NCBI GenBank assembly: GCA_049322915.1 | Contig: JBMOPW010000014.1 | Coordinates: forward strand, 256,001-320,000 | Direction: 5' to 3' | Source of the DNA: Candidatus Zhuqueibacterota bacterium | GTDB taxonomy: Bacteria; Zhuqueibacterota; Zhuqueibacteria; Thermofontimicrobiales; Thermofontimicrobiaceae | DNA: 64,000 bases | Shown here: in pieces, positions 20,613-29,400 of the stretch | How the letters are laid out: every line of letters starts with the position of its first letter | Position numbering within the stretch: position 1 is the first letter of the stretch | Made by a program: the position numbers and the translations under genes | Notes under the pieces: model-generated | The model's input: the letters and a program-made list of their open reading frames with translations, nothing else | The model's database searches: none | Told to the model about the DNA's origin: nothing

Positions 20613-22427
20613 ATGTACATATTAGGAATATCAGCGTATTATCATGACAGCGCTGCCTGTCTGGTGAAGGATGGTGAAATCCTTGCAGCGGCGCAGGAAG
20701 AGCGGTTCACCCGAAAGAAACACGATTTCAATTTTCCGGCTTGTGCAATCGAGTACTGTCTGAATTCCGAGAAAATAACAGCGAGCGATTTGGAGTACGT
20801 CGCCTTTTACGACAAGCCCTTTGTGAAATTTGAGCGATTGCTGGAAAGCTATCTGACCTATGCGCCGAAGGGAATACGCTCCTTCATCAAAGCCATGCCG
20901 ATCTGGCTGAAACAGAAACTTTGGACAAAAGAGCTGTTGAAAAATGACCTGGGGTATGAAGGCCCGGTGATTTTTCCGGAGCATCATCAATCCCACGCCG
21001 CTTCGGCGTTCTTCCCGTCGCCGTTTCAGAACGCTGCATTTTTGACTATCGACGGCGTCGGCGAATGGAACACCACGACGTTCGGTTTCGGCGAGGGCAA
21101 TCGAATCGAAATTCTCGCTGAATTGAATTTTCCTCATTCACTGGGATTGCTCTATTCCGCCTTCACTTACTTTACCGGTTTCAAAGTGAATTCCGGCGAA
21201 TACAAACTGATGGGGCTGGCTCCCTACGGCGAGCCGAAATATGTTGATACCATTTTGAATGAACTGATCGACTTGAAGCAGGATGGTTCCTTCAAAATGA
21301 ATATGGATTATTTCAACTATTGTGTGGGCCTCACGATGACCAGTCCAAAAATGAACGCGCTGTTCGATGGCCCGCCCAGAAAATCAGAATCGCAAATCAC
21401 CCGGCGCGAGATGGACATCGCCCGTTCAATCCAGGATGTCACGGAAGAGATCATGCTGCGGATGAGCCGGCACGTTCATGCCAGTACCGGGAAAAAGAAA
21501 TTGGTTCTGGCTGGCGGCACGGCATTGAACTGCGTTGCCAACGGACGAATACTGCGGGAAGGTCCGTTCGAAGATATCTGGATTCAGCCGGCAGCCGGCG
21601 ATGCCGGCGGCGCCATTGGCGCGGCGCTGTTCACGTGGTATCAGTATCTGGAAAATGAGCGGAACGTGAATGACATGCATGATTTGCAGAAATCATCCTA
21701 TCTTGGCCCGGAGTTTTCCGAGGAGGAAATCGCGACGTTTTTGAATGAACAGCACATCCCGCATACGCGAATTTCCAGCGAAGAAATTCCCGGCGCCGTG
21801 GCGCAACTCATCAATGCCGAAAAAGTGGTCGGTTGGTTTCAGGGTCGGATGGAATTTGGCCCGCGCGCCCTGGGCAGCCGGAGTATTATCGGCGACGCGC
21901 GTTCCCGGAATATGCAGTCCACCATGAACCTGAAAATCAAGTATCGGGAGTCGTTCCGTCCGTTTGCGCCGAGCGTGTTGAGCGAGCATGTCTCCGATTA
22001 TTTTGAAATCGACCGCGAGAGTCCGTACATGCTTTTGGTCGCTCCGGTCCGGGAAGAAAAACGGATTCTCCCACAGGCATCGGCGTCTCATCTGTTCGGA
22101 ATCGAAAAATTGAAGGTGCCCCGATCGGTTATCCCTGCGGTCACCCATGTTGATTATTCAGCGCGGATACAAACAGTCGACGCGAAGAACGGTCTTTACT
22201 ACGATATGATCAAGGCGTTCTATGACATCACAAAGTGCCCGGTGATTATTAATACCTCGTTCAACGTTCGGGGCGAGCCGATTGTGTGCAATCCTCAGGA
22301 TGCCTACACCTGTTTCATGCGGACAGAAATGGATTACCTCATGCTGGGCAATTTCCTCCTGGACAAGGAGAAGCAGCCGGCCTTGCAGGAGGAAAAAGAT
22401 TGGCGGGCGGAATTTGAATTGGATTGA
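20613..22427 (+). CDS. Carbamoyltransferase, NodU/CmcH/SxtI family
   Basis: ILGISAYYHDSAA, QEERFTRKKH, EHHQSHAASAF, EYKLMGLAPYG, MEFGPRALG, RESFRPFAP, NTSFNVRGEPIV. Confidence 0.95.
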   Translation: MYILGISAYYHDSAACLVKDGEILAAAQEERFTRKKHDFNFPACAIEYCLNSEKITASDLEYVAFYDKPFVKFERLLESYLTYAPKGIRSFIKAMPIWLKQKLWTKELLKNDLGYEGPVIFPEHHQSHAASAFFPSPFQNAAFLTIDGVGEWNTTTFGFGEGNRIEILAELNFPHSLGLLYSAFTYFTGFKVNSGEYKLMGLAPYGEPKYVDTILNELIDLKQDGSFKMNMDYFNYCVGLTMTSPKMNALFDGPPRKSESQITRREMDIARSIQDVTEEIMLRMSRHVHASTGKKKLVLAGGTALNCVANGRILREGPFEDIWIQPAAGDAGGAIGAALFTWYQYLENERNVNDMHDLQKSSYLGPEFSEEEIATFLNEQHIPHTRISSEEIPGAVAQLINAEKVVGWFQGRMEFGPRALGSRSIIGDARSRNMQSTMNLKIKYRESFRPFAPSVLSEHVSDYFEIDRESPYMLLVAPVREEKRILPQASASHLFGIEKLKVPRSVIPAVTHVDYSARIQTVDAKNGLYYDMIKAFYDITKCPVIINTSFNVRGEPIVCNPQDAYTCFMRTEMDYLMLGNFLLDKEKQPALQEEKDWRAEFELD

Positions 22428-22433
22428 TCGCAG

Positions 22434-22841
22434 ATGAAGTCAAAACAATCGGTAACCACAAAGCAGTTAGTCACTTTCGGAATAGCATTTTCTTTATTTT
22501 TGGCACTGCTTGGCTATATTCAGTTTCGAAATGAAAATGAGTTGAGCTATAATTTTCTCTGGGGTGTGGCTATTTTAAATCTGGTGACGACACTGACCTA
22601 CCCCGGAGCCATCAAACCCCTGTATCGCGTTGCCATGTTCATCGCGCATATCCTGGGATGGGTGAATACTCGCCTGTTATTGGGATTGATTTATTACCTT
22701 GTGTTCACCCCAATTGCCATAGTCATTAAACTGACGGGCAGAGATCCTCTGGATCGGAAGTTCGACAGGAACGCGCCGACGTACTGGAAAACGAGAGAGA
22801 AGACCGAATCTCCCCGGGAGCGCTATCTGAAGCAATTTTAA
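22434..22841 (+). CDS. SxtJ-family membrane protein
   Basis: TM segments; LGWVNTRLLLGLIYYLVFTPI, GRDPL, TYW and C-terminal KQF; directly after the carbamoyltransferase. Confidence 0.85.
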   Translation: MKSKQSVTTKQLVTFGIAFSLFLALLGYIQFRNENELSYNFLWGVAILNLVTTLTYPGAIKPLYRVAMFIAHILGWVNTRLLLGLIYYLVFTPIAIVIKLTGRDPLDRKFDRNAPTYWKTREKTESPRERYLKQF

Positions 22842-23292
22842 ATTGTGCCCCGGGGGAGGAAAACGCCTTGCTCGTCATTTTGCAGCAATGTCTTTGCGTC
22901 CGCTGTGATACGAATGCAAATCTGCATTCCGTGCGCGAAATTACATTGTGTGCGCAATCTGAAAAGAGCAATCTCTTCTGAAAAACACAATTGCTTCAAT
23001 TATAGGCTTCGTGTTCCAAAGTTGTCCCTCTTTATTTCCTGGCCTAAACCAAATATCCTCGTCGATGAACCATTGCGTCTGCTTCCCTCTTAACACTTAA
23101 AAAAGTAAAATTTAAGTAATCAAACTTTTTGCCGATAAAGAAGTGAGGGGTTTACATTTATTTCCCCTGGCTATTGATTGAATATTGGACATTGTTTCGT
23201 ATTAGAACATAAAATCAGGTTTGCGGCGAAAATTAACCGCTGTAAGCTATTGAAATTAAAGTCTTATTTCATCAATGTTGAATGTCATTGTC

Positions 23293-23308
23293 TGGTATAA
23301 TATTTGCA
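23293..23308 (+). promoter_or_regulatory. Sigma54 (RpoN) -24/-12 promoter
   Basis: TGGTATAATATTTGCA matches TGGCACGNNNNTTGCW with exact GG-N10-GC spacing, about 125 bp upstream of the ATG. Confidence 0.6.
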
Positions 23309-23431
23309 CAATGGGGGATTGTCTCAGTTAATGTGTTAATAAATCTGTTCCTATTAATTCATTAGAAAGAAGCTGAGACAGTAGTGAGGTTCAGGCTCTA
23401 ATTTTTGCTCAAATTAATGAGGAGGTTTATA

Positions 23432-26400
23432 ATGAAGTGGATAAACAGCGCCCGATTTGCAACGAGAGTTTTGACTTTGTTAACACTCCTGATCGTTGCC
23501 ACTTCTGGATTTGTTTGGGGGCAAACTTACAAAATTATGCCGCTTGGCGATTCTATTACCCAGGGTAAATTTTCATCAGACCAAGGTGGGTATCGGCAGT
23601 ATTTGCAGGGCTACTTAACCGGGTATAGTATTTCCTATAACTTCGTGGGCAGTTTGTCCAATGGTACGTTTGCCGATAAAGAACACGAGGGACACGATGG
23701 CTATACTGCGGCCCAGATTAATAGCAATGTGAACGGTTGGCTGAGCACCTACGCTCCCAATTATGTTTTATTAATAATTGGAGCAAATGATATTTCAGGA
23801 TCGATCGATCCGAGTGTCATCGTTGGCAACATCGAAAGTATAGTCGATAAAATTTATTCCTATAACAATTCGACCTACATTTTGCTTTCCAGTTTAACGC
23901 CCCGCGGCGATTATCCCGCTGATAGTCTCACAACCGTCTTGAGCAAATATATCAAACGATTGTATGAAGAGAAAAGGGCGGATGGGTATAATGTCCGCTA
24001 TATTGGTCTCAATGAAATGTTCAAGTACAATGAAAATTGGGCAACAGAGTACATGACGGACGCCATTCATCCCAATGATGCCGGATACAATGTGATCGCC
24101 GAGACTTTTTTTCATGCGATGATTAATATCATCAATGGCGGATCCGGAGTGTTCGAACATTTCAATCGACAGGTCGGTGATCTGGGGAATATCTGGGCGT
24201 ACGACGAAGCGGATTTCGATATCCAGGTGACCGGTGGACAACGGGAATTGCACAATATTGCTGCGGATGCAGAATGGAATCATTTAATTATTTACAAAGC
24301 AGCGACGGACCCAAATATTGTCTCCTTCAAATACGGTACCGGCGCTAATGCAGCCGGGATAGAAAACAGCGGCTACGCGCTGTTACTGAATGAGCCGAGC
24401 TACTCCACGGCCAAAGGCTACTTTGTACGATACAAAACTTCAGCAAATGCATTGGAACTGTGGCGAATTAAAGATGGAACCATCAGCGGCGATGAGATTG
24501 CCGTGACGCCGAGCGCAGCTCCGGCGCCAACAGCGGGAAGCACGTTCAAAGTGGTGATCTCATCGGATGCGGACGAACATCGTTTCGACTGCTACATCAA
24601 CGACGTCTTTGCAGGCTATGTTTCTGATCCGGATAAATTCTATGGCAATGGCTCCGATCTGTATGCCGGTTTGTTGCTCAAAGGCAGCTTCAACAATAAT
24701 ATTGATAATTTTGACATGACGGTGTTAGGCGATGCGGTTGCACCGGCGCAAATAACGAACCTGGATGCGATTTCATCCACCAGTTCCAGTATTTCATTTT
24801 CATGGACAGCGCCCGGAGATGATGGAACTACAGGCAGGGCCACGAGCTATGACATCCGCTATTCAGAGTCATTAATCACGTCTGCAAACTGGCATCTCGC
24901 CAATAAAGCGCCGGCGATTCCTGCCCCGGAAGCTCCCGGTTCAGCGCAAGCGTATGTCGCTTCAGGACTGAATCCCGGGGAATCGTATTTCTTTGCAGTG
25001 AAAACAGCGGACGAGGTTCTGAATTGGTCGGCGATGTCCAATGTGAAGGAGGCGTCGACCAGTACAGGCGGAGGCGCATTGTTGAAGACAGATGAATTCA
25101 ATGACCCCAATACATTGACGCAATGGTGGAGCGCTAATCCCGCCTATGTGGTGCAAAGTGGGCGACTCAACAATGTGACAGGAGTCGGTTGGGGTCAGTT
25201 AGCTGTGTTCAAACTGAATGTAAACCCGGTGGAAGCGTCACTCCAGTGGGCTGCAGCGCCGAATGCGGATGCCGCAGGTATTGACAAGGCCGGTATCGCA
25301 ACGCTTTTGGACGCGGCCAATTATAACACAGCGAATGGCTATTTGTGCACGATTCGAACCGGGGGCGCCAGTCCGGTTCTTTATCTGTTTAAAATGACGG
25401 CGGGCACCCCGGGTGATTTATTGGGAAGCGCTACTATCGCCGGGAAAAATATTCCGGCTGCTGGAGATGTGTTCAAAATTGTTACGAGTTCGGATGTGAC
25501 CGGTCATCATTTTGATTATTATGTGAATGAAGTATTTTATGGTCGGCTCAATGATGTCAATAAATTTTACAGTAACGGGACTGACTATTACGCCGGTATT
25601 GAATTGTATGGTGGATTGAATAATGATGTGGAGAAATTCACTGTGTTGAATCAGGTGGGCGAACCGAAATATCTGGAGAAGGTCAGCCCATTGTCAGACC
25701 CGGGTGGCATTGTTGGCAAAAAATTGGCAGACTCTCTGACGGTCAGGGTTCTTGATGAGAATTATAATCCGGTGTCAAATCTCACCGTGGATTTTGCGGT
25801 GACCAAAGGCGGCGGTTCCGTGGATATCACACCATCGCCGGAAATTCGCAGGGAAGCGGAAAAAGCCAATGTCATCGAAGGGCAATTTGAAGAAGGCGTG
25901 GACACGCAAGCCAGCGGCGGCCGCTATATGGTAGTCAATGGGAATGGTGAGCGATTCCTGGGAAAACTGGAATTTAATGTGTACATTAAAACCGCTGGCA
26001 ATTATTTGATGTTCGCACGTGTCAAAATTCCGGACAATAATACCTATTCATTTTTTGTCCAGGTTGATGATGCTCCGGCTTTGGATACCCTCAATTTGAG
26101 CATCGGCGCGTGGGACCTTCCGAGAACGGCCGGTGTGTGGTTCTGGGACTGGGTTTCCGAGCGCGGCGGCGGTGAGTACAAGATATGGAACCTGACGCAG
26201 GGGATTCATAAAATTACGCTTACCACGCGGTGGAGCCCCAACGTTCAAATCGATAAGATTCTTCTTTCAAGTAATTTCAGCTACTGGCCTTCAGGAACGG
26301 ACGAGTGGCCGGAATATTCAACGGATGCAAACGGTATTGCCAAGGCTGCATTGACGCTTGGCCAGACCGCCGGCGAGAATGAGGTTCAGGCGACTGCGCC

Positions 26401-29400
26401 GGGGTATACACTGTCAGGCGCTCCGCAAATTTTCACAATTACCGGAAATCCGGATGTCCCCAAGTTAATGGTGGCGACACCGCCGACAACGGTGACCGGC
26501 GTTGGTGGTCAGCAGCTTAATTCGCCTTTCGAGGTGACATTGACCGACGCCTATGGAAATCCAGCGTACGGCTATAACGTGACGTTTCAGGTCACAGTTG
26601 GAAATGGCAAGCTATCCAATGGTCAGGCGACGCACGTGGTGACAACCGATGTGCAGGGCAAAGCCAGTTCCTACCTCACATTGAGTACAGAAAGTACAGC
26701 GAATGAAGTGCAGGTGAGTTATACCGGTTTGCCCGTTGTAAAATTTACCGCAACGGCAACCTCGGGCATTGCTAATACATTGGCGATAACAAGCGGCAAT
26801 GACCAATCCGGGCTTGTCAACACAACGCTTCCGACGCCGCTTAAAGTACGAGTGACGGATAGCGCTGGCGCCGGCGTCAGAAATCATAATGTTCATTTCC
26901 AGGTCACCGCAGGAGGTGGATCATTGAGCCCGGCTGCTGCTTCGGGCATGGAATCGTTCGATGCACTTCCGCTGGGGAAAGTCCCATCAAATAAAACGTC
27001 TTTCATCGAGGGCACGCTTGCTTCGACAATGGATGTTTTGACGGATAATAATGGTTACGCACAGGTCAGATTGCAATTAGGTTCGGCTGCCGGAACAAAT
27101 TCCGTCACGGCCACTGCGACGAAAAATGGCCAGCCACTCAGTGGATCCCCAAAGACATTCAATGCGACTGGCACTGCCGGCGCTGCGTACGCGATTAATT
27201 ACCATTCCGGCAATTCGCAGACTGGCGCTGCAGGAATGCCACTCGGGGCGCCATTCGTTGTGAAAGTCACAGATCAGTACAATAATGGCATTGTCGGACA
27301 CCAGGTTGTTTTCGAAATTAAAAGCGGCGGCGGGTCGTTCGTGACAAGCGGCCCCTGGTACAGCGAAGCCGGTGGATTGGCGCAAGTGACACTAAGATTA
27401 GGCTCTACTTCTGGTGTGGTGAATGAAGTATGGGCCTCGGCAGAATCCAACGGCGTACCCCTGGATGATTCCCCTGTCGTCTTTCAGGCGACATCCGGTA
27501 CGGTCACAACGTTGACCTACGTGGGTGGGAATAATCAAACCGGGTCAGCGGGTTGGCCATTGCAGGACTCGCTCAAGGTGAAGGTGTTGGATAATTATGG
27601 CAATCCGGTGGGCGGGTATCCTGTGACATGGACGTGCACCGGGACCAACAAGGGCACGGTTGATGGTCTGGAGCAGGTTGTCAAAAATTCTGATAGTAAA
27701 GGCATCTCCAAAGTGCAGTTCATCTGCGGCAGAATGCCGGGCGTTGCCGGCGGTGCAGAGGCAAAAGCTGGCAGCCTGACCGGATCGCCCTACAACTTTA
27801 TCGTCAATGTGGCTGATGTGGACGCCATCCATTATGTCAGCGGCGACGCGCAGACAGGCACTGTGGGTTCGGTACTGCCGCAGCCGTTCAAGGCGGAAAT
27901 CATCGATGCGCTGGGCAAGCCCATTCCCGGATTCCCTGTGGTGTTTACCGTCAGGCATGGCGATGGAAAATTGAGCGGAGATACGACAATTACTGTGCAG
28001 ACTGACAATGATAAAGTGGCTCAGACGACGCTGACGCTGGGACCCCAACCGGGAACCAATAATAATGTCGTTGAAGCGGCTGCGTTCATGTCTGGGAAAG
28101 AAATGTTAGCAAACGGGGGCTTAGACATTTGGGACGGCGATGGACCTGATAAATGGACTTTAACAAAATCTGCATCAGGCGCAACAGTTCTACAAAATTC
28201 ATCTGATTCAAGATCTGGGAATTGTGTAGAAATGAAGGTGACCACGATTAGCGCTTATAGTACACTTGAGGATGAAAATACTTACATTGTTACCCCAAAT
28301 GTTACATATGAACTTTCTTTCTGGGTGAAGGGAGCAAATGGCGGAGAAAAAATTTGGGCAACGTTTAAACAAGGGAATTATTATTTACTATCAAATGGCG
28401 ATTGGAGCTCTCAATCTGACAGTTGGATGAAAAATCAAATAATCTCTCAGAATTACAAGAAATATTCAATATTATTTACTTCAAGAAATACAGAAGGATT
28501 ACTCGGAAAAGTAAAACTCACTTTAATGAACAATAGTAATGCTACTGTTTTTTTTGATGATGTCTCCCTCATCGAAAAAAATGCCGGAGGCGAGACCCCT
28601 CTCAATGGTTCTCCTCTCACGTACACGGCTTCTGCAACTATTGGCGCGCCCAATGAGCTTAAATATGTGAGTGGAAATTATCAATCAGCAGTTGTCGGTA
28701 ATCCATTGGAGAGTCGGTTTTTAGTCAAGGTCGTCGATGTCTTGGGAAACCCGTACACTGGTCATCCGGTCAAATTCACGGTGAAGACTGGCGGCGGCAC
28801 CCTGGACGGGCAGTCGCTTACTACCGTGACGAAAAATACAGACGGGAATGGCGAGGCCGGCGCGATTCTGACTGTTGGTCTATCCTCGGGCGAAAATAAC
28901 AATTCGGTCGAAGTGGTATCCTACAAACCGGGGACGACCACCAATCTGGTCGCTTCACCCATGACATTTTTCGCTTCCGGTCGGGCGAGCGCCGCTAAAA
29001 ATCTGGAGTATGTCTCTGGTAACGGACAACCCGCAAGCGCTGTCCGCGAAAAGCTCGCTCAGCCGTTCCGCGTGAAGGTGACGGATAATGCCGGCAATCC
29101 GGTGCCGGATCATCAGGTTCAATGGATTGTCATTCAGGGACATGGCACGTTTAACAACCTGACGGATTCAGTGAAGACAGATCCGACGGATGCGACCGGA
29201 ATCTCTGATGTCTATTATTATCCTGGACCGACTGCCGGACTGACCAATATCGTCCGCGCCCGGTCATGGAATGGGCCTGAATTGAGCGGTTCTCCAAAGA
29301 CATTCCAGGTTGAAACAAAGGCCTCATCTGTCAGTGCTCAAAATTCAACGATAACGGCCACGAGCCCAATCCCGGCCGATGGCACAACCAAATCGACAAT

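Noticed and set aside
20613..22841. Saxitoxin biosynthesis (sxtI/sxtJ)
   Set aside because: No sxtA or other core genes; these families are widespread in glycan loci
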